A stretch of DNA of 55,785 nt, the filler included, from Dimargaris cristalligena (taxonomy: Eukaryota): the NCBI GenBank assembly GCA_003614675.1. It is 3 parts of 3 records of this genome, joined end to end, with 100 filler letters (N's around TTAATTAATTAA, not from the genome) between each part and the next. Parts side by side here need not be neighbours in the genome. Positions count along the whole stretch, not along the records: positions 18,665 to 37,186 come from ML002764.1; 2 more parts are not named here. One strand, given 5' to 3'. The translations under genes were made by a program, and so were the position numbers. Position 1 is the stretch's first letter, and each line of letters begins with the position of its first letter. Under the pieces are notes generated by a model. It saw only the letters and a program-made list of their open reading frames with translations. It was not told the DNA's origin and ran no database searches. Positions 20,973 to 34,100 of the stretch are shown piece by piece.

Positions 20973-23900
20973 GGCCGTGAAGTGTGGCTTTAATAGGCCA
21001 GTCCGACCCCACGTAATTCGACCAGACAACGAGGGCGTGGTGAGCGAATAGGGAGGAGCTGGATTCTAAAGGCAGGGAGATCCTCGGCCAACTTTGGACC
21101 CCAGTAGCCAACCAGACTTACGGCGGACAATCCTAGTTGGGTGGGGTGTGGGAGCGAGAGCAGGCGAGCGAGAAATAGCGAGAGAGACAGAGACAGAGAA
21201 GGAGCCCATCACCACTTTTGCATCGTTGTTCAAGTCGGCTGCTCTTGTTCCGCACTGCCCGTTTGGCTGCACTCTGAGCCCCCGCACTGTAGTCCGAGAC
21301 CCCGTCTCTTCCCCCCTCCTTCACTCTCCCTACCGCCTGGTGCTTAGGGGCTTGATCTCCCTATCCATGCAGCACTACGACTGTGCGGTGTGTTAGGAAC
21401 CACTCTGCCCGACAAGGGTGCCCTGGCCCAGACTGCACTCACTTCATCCCCACTTCGCCCGCCTGCTCTACCAGGGTGGGTCGGTCGACTTCTCTCTCCA
21501 TGGATGGTGCCCTCTCGTAATAACCACATAAGTGTGCTTTTCTAATCGTCACCATGAAATGGGGGAGATGATGCGGCTGCATATGAGGCGACCTCCCTCC
21601 TTCTCCCTGGCCGAACCTAATGGAATACTAAGGGGAGGGGGATGATGAACCGGCTCGACCATTAAATGCTAATGCGGCGGTGCTTCGTAGGGAGTGATGT
21701 AGAATGGTTCGGAAAGTTGCCGCTTCTTATGACACATGCCCTTCAGCAGTATAGCCAACCCTCTAACCGTAGCCACTCCACTTTGGGTATCCCTCACAGC
21801 TGGGCGGGGTGTAGACCTCATCCCCGTAACGGCAGTCGTAAACGGACACGGGCGATAAATACGGTGGTTACCTGTGTGCGTATCGATAAATCGCTCTACT
21901 GTTCGCACTACTATGGGCGGATCGGACCCCGTGGTCCGGGTAGGGCTGTTTCAATGGCGCCGGGGCCCATATTTTATTTTCCGTGAATTGCGGCGGACTA
22001 TGGCCAAATTCGCCTGGGGTTATTCTACAAAAAATATTCCTATGCGGTATTTCGCGCCGACTCACACACACATACACACCCAAAAAAACAACAACAGGCG
22101 GCTGGCTTATTTCGCCAGCCCCCTATCTTCTCGACCACTTTCCTCCCACTCTAGTGAATGATTGATTGATTGAATTACACACTCCAGATAAACCGCTTCA
22201 GGTATGGAGAGGCTAGGGACAATTGGTGGGTGGGGTTTTACAGCCACTTTCACCTCAATGGTGCGCCATGACACTCTTACTTCCGGATAACATTAACCCC
22301 CACTATGCAGGGGAAGCCGCAATTCGAAGAGGGGGTGGTAGGTAGGTAGGTAAGTAGTTCGCAAAAGCTGAGCCACAACAGTAACGGGCTAACGGGAAAA
22401 TGAGACGCCGAGTTAGCCCCCCCTCCCAGCTACTACATGGTCAATCAATGGTATTCTGGTGAACAAAGCCAGCTGCCACTGACCCGTTGGGATTGAAGAT
22501 CTAATTTTAGATTTTAGCTGCTGCGTTGTCCTCGCCTAACGGGGGATTCATCGATGCCTTCTTTGTTAAAGTGTATGGATACTGCTCTCCCTTCCCTTTC
22601 CGCCCCACCCGTCTCCAGACCCTCCGCAAGAAACAATTAACGAGGCTACTTGTGGTGAGGTTGGAAATGGAGGAACTCCATCTAACACCTCCACCGAATG
22701 ACCGGGTCATTTAGGCAAATGAATTCATTCCCGCTCACGCCTATCTAATAATTCATGAAATTAATTCCCCCCTCTTGTAATTATGGGGCGAGTGAGGGGC
22801 CTGGGAAACATCAATCTGCATAGTGATCGGAATGAAAAAATAATAACAATGAGTACTAGTGGGACCAGTTTCGGGTGTTGCGCCCACTGGTCCTGGGAAG
22901 ACATATATGGGCCAATTCACCAGCCATTGCAGTAGGCTGCACTGTGACGACCGTAATCCATCTCCCGGGTTATAACGGCGAGCCCGGCTGGTCCCACGAA
23001 GGCCGAAATGTCGTGGAGAAGTAATGAACCAATATCCCGTTACTTCTATAAATGTATTATACCCCCAGCACCAAGCACGGTCAATTTAGTCTCATTGCCA
23101 CACCGTGGGCCATTCCATGCTGAATTTAAGGAGCGATAATAACGAACTAGGGAGGAAGAGGGTAGTAGAGTAATGGGTCACCATTGGCGATTCAGGACTG
23201 AGTTCAAATTCATCGGCGTGTAGTTCACATGTACGCCAGCCACAAATGGCCACTGTGTCGGCCGCTTAAGGATGCCGCATTTTTTGCATGCTGTCTCTTC
23301 CCACCCAGGGCGATTGTACGAAGTCCAAGGCCAAATGGAGGTGTCTATTCACCCATAATTCCCTCGAGCCCCTCGACTTTACTGTCGTGGTAAGCATCGC
23401 GACCCCCCGACGGATGCAAAAGTTATGCCGCAGATGTAGCTACGCCCCACCACCCACCACCCCCCTCCATCCCTCCCTCCCTCAATTCACAAATATATTC
23501 TGCATGTGGTCCTGATATTCATGTACTATAGTGGAATGGGGTGTGGCGGTGGTTCGTCCGCAACGAAGTGCATGGTTCCCGAGGCTTGGTGCAGCTGGAC
23601 TAACCGGGGCAACATAGGGTGTAATGTCGATTGGCCGTGGACCAACATCCCGCATGGCGGCGACCCACCATGAACTATTCCTAATATCCAGCCGGGCCGG
23701 GCGAATGGGCCATGCGGGTTCCGGCCTCCCAAAAAACTATCAAACGTGAAGAGGTCTTATTCAAACGTCCGTCACTGGACCTGTTGCTGGCCACTGTTAC
23801 CCAAGCGAGCGCCTAGACCAAAGGGGAAGCTTGAAGAAACCTAAAGATAATTTAGACTTGCCTCCGCTGAGGCGAAAATTTCCGAGCACCACAGTACCGG

Positions 23901-26900
23901 CTTTCCTGAAAACACGAACTAGGAAAGAGGTTCGGGGGGACTGGGGTATCTTCTCACGTCCCGTTGGTATTTTGGTGAGGCCGGGGTGACATAAATAAGG
24001 GTCCACGAAGTGCTCAATAACCCTGACGATAATATTAAAATGGTTAAGTGTGTGTGTGTGTAAAGTGGCCGATGGGTATTGGTCCCAACTGGGTAAAAGG
24101 AGTCTCCCGTTAATGCGCCATCTCGGTTGGCTTGCAAATCCGTTTCGCTTTGAAGTCTGACTGGTTTCAATTTAAAAGGGTTATTAGGAGGCCCTTGCGT
24201 TTATCCCCACATCCACCTCGGATAGTGTCAGGTCGGTGTTTACATTATATTTGCATTAGCCGATTTCCGTATACTCATGACCAGTAGTGGGTCAGGAATA
24301 GGAAGATTTTACCTAGTTTCACATACGAGTCCCTAAAAGATTCTCAAATCCTCTATAAACACTCTGAGCCTGAAGGGCCAATCCTGCGAAAATCCAAATG
24401 GGTAGTATCAAAAAAAAAGGGGGGGAGGGAAAGAAGAAGGGAACTGACTAGCAAATGGCCACTTGCCATCTCACTCCCCATTAAAAGAGCCCAAGATATT
24501 CAACAAGGAGCATCCTTTTCCCTTTCGCTTGACGCTCCCGTGATCCACACAGGGGTTTTTTTTGGTGGTAAAAACATACAAAGCGCCAACTCAACATCAA
24601 GGAGAGGCCTCCGTCATCAAAAATAACCGGAAAAGTACGATCAATTTGGGTTCTGAATTGTGCAAGTCCACCGGGAGCTGGAATTGGGCTAGCAGAGTTC
24701 CGACTAGTCCAACCAATGTGACATCTTCTCCTTCCGTTTTCCTAATGCCTACTGCGAATGGTATTATAATACGTCCTATTAAGTACACCCATAAGCATTG
24801 GGGGTTAGGTACAAAGGGCTGCCCGCGCTCTTTCTGTAGAACTTTTCGGTAACGACCAGCTCATCCAGATTGGTCATTGCCAAAGTGCATGCGATAGTAT
24901 AACCCATGTGCATTGGCCAGGATAAGCCTTTATGGCATGATCACGTTTTTACCAGTGACGGTCCAGTATCTTCGTAAACATTGGCCTAGGGATTCACATC
25001 ATTTGTGCCTTGCAAAATTAGTGGTGTAATAGCCCGCCCATCTTACTAACTATTACTTAACCCAGTGATTCCACGGAATTGCATCATACATTACCTATAT
25101 ACCTGGTCGAACCTTGATCTATTCATGATTTACTTTTACTATGTTTGATTTTTTCTTTACAGTTTTTATAATATTTATGAGCAAGGTATTCAGAACTTCC
25201 TAGGTGGATCGCTAGCGGACAGTGGTGCCAAGAGGGGAAAACAACTTCCTAACATATCTTTTAGCACAGTCTGCTGGTGTGATTGGCAGGTTGTTGCTTT
25301 TTTTTTGCCTATTAGGGGGCTGGGTTTGGAGGTACATTGAGAACAGCCCGGTCATTTGAACATGCATAAAAGTCTTCTAAATTAGCTTGGTGATGGACCA
25401 CTTGCCCGCGACTGAATAGTCAGTAGCCAGGAATAGAGATAGCATTGTCATTTGTGCCAGGTATATATCGTTCACACTCCAGTCATCTCCCATGGAGCAC
25501 CGAAAATATAACACTACCCGTTGACGAAGAAGGATATCAGTGGTAATACGGGTAAGGGGGGGGGGGGGGTGGTGGGGATTTTCCAGGCACTGTGGTTCTC
25601 CTGCTGATATCCGTGTGAATAGCTCCTAGAAATGGGTGGGTGAGCACTCCAGGCCTCAACTGATAGAGGTGAGTTACTGACAGGATGCAGATCAGATAGC
25701 TTCCTATAGCCCAGTAAACCTTATACATAATTGATTCGATACGGAAATGCGCTGCTTTATGGGCAGGATATCGTAGGTATTGTTGCGGAGATTTGGCAGT
25801 GTTACGTATATGGAAATGAAGGCAAGCCATTGTCGTTGTACTATCCTCAACACCTACGATTACAGATAAATTTTAATTAATAGATACATTGAAGTCACCT
25901 GGTGAAAAATAGAGATAATTTATGGGATAAAAGGAGGGTCAAATTTGGAATCCAGCAAGTGTAAATAAAGGACCAAATATTATTTAAATACCAATAGAAA
26001 AGATTGGAGACAGTGGAGATACTATAAGCAAGAGAATAGCAGCATTACAGCCCTAATATATTCACAGTCAAAAATCCGAAAAATATTATGTTTGTTTGGA
26101 CTGTGGCCAAAAAGCACCCCTTCCCATATCCGGGAACTCAGATATAGCAGATTCTGTCATATTCCACCTCCTATATAGCATCAGCATTAACACTTACTTA
26201 GCCTTTATCTCTTACCTAGTATTTCTATAAATATCCAATCTTAAGGACATCCGTAATCTTTACCTTTTTTTTTAAACCAGCCTAGTATCCAGTATCAATT
26301 AGTGTACAGTTTTGGCTGGGTTCTATACACAGGTTTATTCTCTTCTGTCACATTTGCATTATACTAACTTTGATGGGCGCCTCTACCCTAAGCATCTATT
26401 AATTTAATATTTCTAAAAGAAAACATACACCCTCCTATTGTTTTTGGCATATAGAGATTGTAAATGATCAAACCTAATTATTAAAATGAAGTAATGCCTA
26501 ATTTTTAGTTTACTACACCCAGAGTTATGTATAAATCTTTAGACTAATTAGTGCACGAAACCGAATAATACCTATCAGTCACATTTGTTGAAAATTGCAT
26601 CCATTAGCATCTCTTGTTATTTGTATACGGGCATAAATTTACCGAAGAGTCACATATTTATCAATGTCCCTTTACTATAAACATTCACGGTGGCCAAATA
26701 AAACCTATCTTTCGGCTTGATTCTCGCACTATCCTTTTAGCATACCTGTTTACATCTGGTTAATAACCAGCATATTATTTTGTCAATAACTGCTGTGTCC
26801 AAGCCGCCTCAAATTTTTTACAATCCCCTAAGGCTTTAGTCGTCGGCTTCATCATAAATAATGAGCTTTCCACTTTTAACTTGTCCGACAGACCCCCCAG

Positions 26901-28383
26901 TCCTTGCTATTTCTCAAGGAATTGTTTTCCTACCATAATAGTTGTCGTATATATGAAAGAGGCTTAGTCCACCTGTTTGATGAACATGCTGCTTGGAAAG
27001 ACCTTGGTTTTTTTTTTCACTGGGTATAATCCATGAATTGCATCCATTTATCATTGTATGTTCACCTAGGCTGTATACAACAGCACTGGACTTCACCCTC
27101 CCGTAAACCAGGACTATAATACAACTGTATTCTAATAACCTGAAATCGAGTTACGCTAAAGTATCACGCCATCTTAAATCGCTGCCAATTTGCCGGGGCT
27201 ATGCTATCGGCTTCGTTTAAAAGGTCTAATGGGGCATTTAGTTTTCATATTGGGTACCTGTTGTGGTATAGTAATATATATATATTTATTTATATATATT
27301 GGACTATGGGAGGTGAGGTGACTGTCAAAAGCGTACTGACCATCAAACTACCCGGCCGATATCACCTGAATATTGACTCATTAACTTGCTCTCAGGCAAG
27401 GGAAAGAGATGAGACAGGGCAGAATATGGCTAGAGTCGGTGTACATTATGTGAAGCACATTAGCTTCGTCACAATTGTTATTTTTTGATGCACCATTTTA
27501 CTCTAAAGGCCTCCCATTTTTTTAAAAAAATAAAACGTGCCTGTAGTGGTAGGTATACTCGTGGCTGCACATGGGGGGGGGGTCGAGATGGGGTGGCACA
27601 GTACTACAAACGAAGGGGAGCAGAGAACACATGCATGTACCAATTCTATTAGCCAGCCCCATATACAATAAGTTAGGAAAAATTCATAAAAACGGATACC
27701 TGCACTTTCTCTTTATAGCTAGTTTCCATGGACGACATTCTCCCGTTTTATAAAGCCAATAGCCGGTTTGGTTCACAGAAGACCCTTTGTTGCACACCCA
27801 GCAAATTAAAAGGAAGCAAGGAAAGGAAAACTGCACTAAAATACCCACCGTTGGCTCGGCAATGGCACCTCTGTAGTCCCTGCCTAAACCATTTGATATG
27901 GATGGCGACTCGCTCGTCCATTATAAAGAGGCCGTTTTATCGAATATATTCGGTGGCTAGTGAAAAATAGTTTACTTTTCCATAAAAAAATTGGTAAGCC
28001 ATAGTCGAACTTCGAAGTCCCATGGTGGGTACTATTGGCCCAAGTCTGGATTTGGTAGGGCTGTTTACTCCTGCTGTGTAACCAACTACATTTAGCCCCA
28101 CCACATTCGACAGAGAATGTTTGTTTTCCAAAATAACTAGCCAGTCAAGAGGTTTCACTCCATTCCTGCCATAAGCTACCAATATTCTCCCCCCTCGTTA
28201 CTCGGCCACGCTTAGCTAAAACCTACTACAGTTTAGTGTTAACGGTATGAAGCCAACTAGGATAGGAGGATGCAGTCAGCGGCATTATAGATACACCTAC
28301 TAGACCTCCTTTTCCTTCCTTAACCACGAATTGCCCTTTCCTTCCCAACCGCTATCCTACTCTCTATTACCAAGCTAAGTATC

Positions 28384-29969
28384 ATGGAGTATTTTAACAC
28401 AGCCATGTCGCTGGTTAGCTCCAGCGGTGTGCCAAAACTTCCCAGTATGAACTTTGGCCATTTCAACTCAAAAAAATTAACCTATGCGCCAGAAATACCG
28501 TCCGAAAAACCGGGTTCCTATATTATCAGCCAATTCGTTGAGACGGACAATAAAAGCTGGGGAAAGAAAGTGAAGCGTACGCCCCTTTAGTAAGTTTCTA
28601 CTTCCACTAGGGGATCATAACATTCACCTCGAATCTAAGTTACTTAGCGGCTGCTCCATACTGGCATTTTTCCGTTGAGAGTGAAAGTAGCCACATCGAA
28701 ATAAATTATTTTGAATATGCGCATTTGTTTGTGTTCGTGCCATCGGGCGCTTCCTTAACTTAGTTGGCATTGCCGATATTAGGACCCGACTGGTCAACTC
28801 CACTGTAGCTAAATTGCATATCCACGCCTATGTATTTTACATCACCTAAATAAATCTAGATCGAGGGTGTGGCTGAATGCGTCGATGAAATGATAAGTGA
28901 AGACCCCAATATAGCCAATTTCGCCATCTACAAAAAGGAAGAGCGTAGTACCTCCCATCAAGACAGGGCCTGCAAACGCAAAGATATTAAGTCCTACTGG
29001 GACGTCCTTTTCAAGCAGGAAACCGAAACCAGGCTCGTGGCCACTTACTTTGCCATGAAAGAGAAGAATGTGGGGCGATTTGCGAAGGCGCAGGGGCTCT
29101 CCCAAAGCATGGAAGCAAGCATGGAATCATACGTTGCACTTGAAATGGACCTACTCTCCGATCGTGGTGCGTGTCTCAACTTTCCGATACTCGCTTTGGT
29201 CGATAAATGGACCGCCGAAAGAATGGCCTTATTCCTGCCGACGCTTTTCGACACATCTTCGGCCAAAGGTATAGCCAAGCTCCTTTCGACTGGCGCTCAT
29301 ACAAATACCAAACATGACACTGCCATCATGGTGGAAGCCTTGCCTCGCATCTACAGCAACCCTATCTACCTAATGATATGGTATCTCAACACATTCAACA
29401 GCTTAGACCATTTGGAGGGTTATTTCAACACTATCATTTCCAAAGAATCACTTTGGCGTCCAGACCATAAATACCAGGGAGTAGAAATAGGGCGTATGGG
29501 CCTGGATTTGGCTGTTTCCGAGTACGAGAGATTCAAATCCCGCGAAGAAAAAGGGAAGGCCCTTGCTATCAAAGATCAAGAACATCACGACAAGCACTTG
29601 GATGAGCTCATAGCGAAAATAAGTTTCCTTTCGAGTCGGGCCGGCTGGGGGAATATGGCTTATCATCGTAATGAGACTCCCAAAGAGATGTTGGCCCACT
29701 TCATCGAATGCCTGAACAACCGCGGAATGAAAGATACTGCAAAATACCTGACCAAGGATGAGCATAATATCGTTCAGTTCTTCAGAGAATTGAGAGAAAC
29801 CCCTTACAAACGGGGCGCTGACGAGGTCACGGCAGCGCCGTGCTCATGCAACGACATCATGTGGGAACTTGACATACTGGATCATTCTAGAAAGAATCTC
29901 ATCTTTGGAGCAAACAAAAATCTTTTGATGCTGAGCAAAGCCGAACAAAACACGAGTGCAGGTAGATAG
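28384..29969 (+). CDS. Hypothetical protein (orphan); 5' exon structure uncertain
   Basis: A 366-codon ORF (28869-29969) is preceded by an in-frame acceptor (tctag|ATC at 28860). An upstream ATG exon 28384-28589 ends at gtaagt. A direct join creates a stop, so a middle exon near 28640-28730 is required. Confidence 0.65.
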
Positions 29970-31053
29970 AAACGTTAGTACCTAGAGTTCGAGGGCCGGG
30001 GATGACGTGCGTTGAACTGAAATCCCATAGAATTGGGATTAAGGGTGTTCTATTTAGTTTTCGTGTTAGCTAGCGTTTTAGTACCATTTCATTCCTTCGG
30101 CGTTCACTAGGCCTTATATATTTCTTAACATTTTCTTTTATTATCTAGTCTTTAGTATAGTTTATTTATAAAGTCTGCTTTCGAATCCAGTTGAGTCTCA
30201 TGCCGCGGTCCTAAGTAACAAACCTATAGCACAGGTTTAAAAGCCGCATACTTAACCATGTAATTTGAGAAAAGTGCAGGAGGAAAAGTGGGGCACGGAC
30301 AAGTTCCATTTGGTAACTGTATGATTCCGCGATAATAGCTCTGTTCTCATTTTAAGCCAATACCGGACTATAAGGAAGACCCGTGCTGGCCCCAGAGGTA
30401 ACTAATCTATATAGCGATTGTTAATATTGTTAATAAACTACACGGAGGAGTTGCCTGACTATGAGTGCGCGCATTAGATTGTACAGTATAGTCGGGCGAC
30501 TGGCCACGGGCACGGGAAGCAATGTAAATTACATTGAGTGCCTGTGTCGGCACTATAATTGACATTGGTAAAGCCCAAAGGTTGAAAACTGGGTTGCCAG
30601 TTCTAAATGGAATGGTTGGTTTTTGGACCTCGCCCTTGTTCCCCAGTATCATTGATTTTGTCATTCTAAAGTGCACGTAATCTACATTGGCTATGCATTA
30701 GACGGCCAGCTAGTTATTCAGTAGAAGCAACCGAAAATATAGCATCAACAGTAGTTAGCACGGTATCTAAAGTCGGACCAGCTTCTCCTCTCTACCACCA
30801 AACATAAAAATGTAACTAATTTTATTATAATAAAACGGACATGGTACAGTCTAGCAATAGAATATATAATTGAATGAGTGAACTCCGCCTGGGGAAGAGA
30901 CGAAGGGGCAACCGAGCTAGGTCACTGATGCGATGGTGCGATGGCGCATAGTACCTGACGAAGTAGCGAAACGGTCACCCTCTTTTTGCTTATTTTTGGC
31001 CGAATGCGGTAGGCTGAAAGACGGGCAGTTAATCGTCGGACAGGCTGTGGGCA

Positions 31054-31161
31054 TTAATCGACCGGGTGGCCGGCTTGGCCATCATGCGAAGTAGAGCCCA
31101 AATTGATACAGTGGGGGCAGCGGCATTCGCGGGTGTTTACGAAAACCTTGAAGGCTAGCAT
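31054..31161 (-). CDS. Candidate 35-aa small ORF MLAFKVFVNTRECRCPHCINLGSTSHDGQAGHPVD
   Basis: ATG in a catcaccATG context, CA-rich leader, TTATAA box about 85 nt upstream (31246-31251) and a CxCxxC motif. Confidence 0.35.
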   Translation of the reverse strand: MLAFKVFVNTRECRCPHCINLGSTSHDGQAGHPVD

Positions 31162-34100
31162 GGTGATGTTGTAATAGTTGCTGGGCGAGTAAGTGTAGGG
31201 TAATGTGTATGAATGGAGGCTGATAAGCGGCGACCGACGATGTGCTTATAAGGTGTGGAAGACAATGGTATTGCTGATGAGGGTAATAAAATACATTAAA
31301 TGTGGAGGACCCGAAGTATTTATACTCGTTAGCATTAAAAGGACAGCCACGCCAGCAAAACTCCCTTTAGGGGATTCCACCCATTCGCTGCTCGCCGTGC
31401 CCATCCCCGCTACCCACGAATACTTGGGCCCTATACCCACACGCCCACCGCGATTTTCCCACATAGGAAACGGAAATAGTGGTAAAGGGGTGATGGCTGA
31501 TTTGGAAAAAAATCCTTCCCCGCCCTTGGCCAGTAATTGGTCTGCCGTTTGGATAGGGCTTTTGGACTCTGACTCCACAGTGGCAGCCGCTTCCTGGGAG
31601 TAAAAGGACCAGGGATCAATATGCGAAAGGTGTGCGTGTGCGTGTGTGTATGTAGTAGGGAGAGTAGGAAGAGGTCATTCAAGTGAAGGTGCGATTTTGA
31701 ATCATAAAAATACTAGTATTCCATTTGACTAATTTGGGGATGCAAATCGGGTGAAGAAGCCGACCACCCCTTTTGGCGTAGGCTTCACAGTTTCGTTGGG
31801 TATATTTTATTTAGTTTAGTTTATATAAAGTTTGACTGAGCTGGATTCCTAAAACTCGTTCCACCTTTGATTGTTTTACAACTCGGCCAAGGTGCCAGCA
31901 GAGCCAGCCGATTGTGTAATATGATTTAGGCTTAGCGTGCTAACTCGGGCAGCACAAAAAGAGAGAATACGCCGGTTCGGTTTTGGCTAAACCTAATGAC
32001 GGGGAAGGTATACTATTTGTGATGAAACTCCCAATGTAAATATTGCTGGTTGATTTAGTCCTCGGATCATAACAGTGATATTTCAAGCATAACCACTTTA
32101 TCCTCTCTCTATCTATAAGGTATTTAATGAATACCACCGGCGAAACCAAACTTATCACTTTTAACCATGGCTATTGTCTAATATGACAGGCATAGGACAT
32201 GCTGTAATATATAATTTATATATCCAAGTGAAGGCCTTCCTTAACTATCCGTCATGGCGTGACTCACTTCCCTCCCAATAGATTTTTACATCACGAATTA
32301 TATCGAAAATATCGAACATAATGAATAACTGCCTTGAATCACTAAGTGATAGTTTATATATTGTTTCAGCCCCATATTCGGCAGGTACATATTCCAGTTC
32401 CCGACAGAATATCTAGCTTTATATCAATGCCGGTGGTTGAGTAGATTAAAATGGCCCTTTATTTGTCCAATGTGACACGGGTCCGCCGGCGCAAAGCGAT
32501 ACGGAGTCGCTATAATTGGGATAGAATTACCATGTAACATAGCCAAGTTGGTAGACGCTGTTTCATTGGAGTATATTATAGCGAGTCCACTGCTGGACAG
32601 TTCTAGTTGGTTTGTCCAGAGACATTTCCAGCATTAAAATTGAATATGTCCTCAGCCTACTCCATCCCGAGTGATTGATTTGTCAACAAAACTGGCATAT
32701 GGAACTCACCTTGGCATCATCCATCTTGGACGCAGTGAAAAGGAAATGATGGCCATACATGTAGAGAAAATATGATGATCTAAATACAGGGTGCTGGGGT
32801 TTCCCAGGCACTAGTATTATGCCGGTACCCCCGAAAAGAAATGTATTTTAATCAACGGCTGCTTGACTCCCGTTAGGTTGACTGAGGTTACTTTGGACAT
32901 TCATCCAAATTACTCCCGATAGATTGTATAGCATGCAGCAGAATCGGAGGGGAAGTAGTCGGGTTGGGGATTCTCTGGAAATGTCTTCACTTGACTTCAC
33001 TTCAATTCTATTTATCACCCTATAAAAACATATAACCGGATCCTTATTTTGGAAGGGAAAAGGAATCTATTGATGCCAAATATTGTACTGCTACTGACCA
33101 GTATATTTAACAGAGGTATACTATTTGCTAGGAGATTGGCAGCTGCCGCCTTCTCCTTTGATGGTGATACGGATTACTGACAATGTGGTAAAGGGTAGAC
33201 ATTGGCGGCGAAAGTACGTTAGATCCCAAGGAAGTCATTACGCAAGGCGGTTTACAGCTACTGCATGGCTTTAATAGTTGGAACTACCTAATTAATCATA
33301 GACGATGACAGCGTAACTGTACCTTCCGAATCCATTCAGCCTTATCGATTACTGGAGGAAGGGAGCACCATTTTCATTTTTTCCATCAGAGTCAGAAACC
33401 GGGGCATGGAATGCAATGCCCGAATAAATACCCTCCGCAGACTCTAAAGCCCAATGGTTCTGTAATAGAACAGGTTTCCGCCGATAGGAGCTCATGCATA
33501 ACAATCCGTCCGAGTCGAGCAGGACCGACAATAGACCCAAGTGGCAACTAAGGGTATGGGGGCGGATGCCCTCGAACTCAATTGCGCTGAAGCAATTGTA
33601 ATATACCCCGTTTATATACAGTGATATACCCCTGGTAAAATAGGGTGAGGGTAGTACCTAATAAGGAAGACCCTTTATTACGGCGGTGACCAACAGTCGG
33701 GCGACTGAATCGGCTGGTTCCCGGCGGTTTTACTCAATTTAGGCGACTTGGAAGCCCATCCCGGGGGTTTTGGAGGATGCGTTAGGGGGTATTGGCTTCC
33801 GTCATGACAATGTTGCCCTCCAGGTGGTCACTTTTAGTGACAGGGGGTGCCTCTGGTTTTTTGGTGATGGACCAAGCTACCCCTCCCCATAAAATAAACG
33901 CACTTCTTACAAAGGATGTCCAATGGCCAAGAATGACATCTCTTCCGTACTTCGCTCCACCAGTTCTTCCGTGGTCGTGAAATAATCCGCGCCTGTACAA
34001 ATTTCCGAACACCGGTAGAGGTTGTAACAGCCGTTGCAGTAATACCAACGAGGGGATAGTGGAGGGGAAAAATGTTTAGTAAACACGCTTTCTATAGGAA

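Noticed and set aside
22861-22894. Short GC-rich hairpin (ggaccagt...actggtcc)
   Set aside because: Single isolated stem with no supporting context or second copy.
33020-33450. TATA-like box followed by protein-like fragments in several frames
   Set aside because: No continuous ORF, consistent splice model or recognisable motif.
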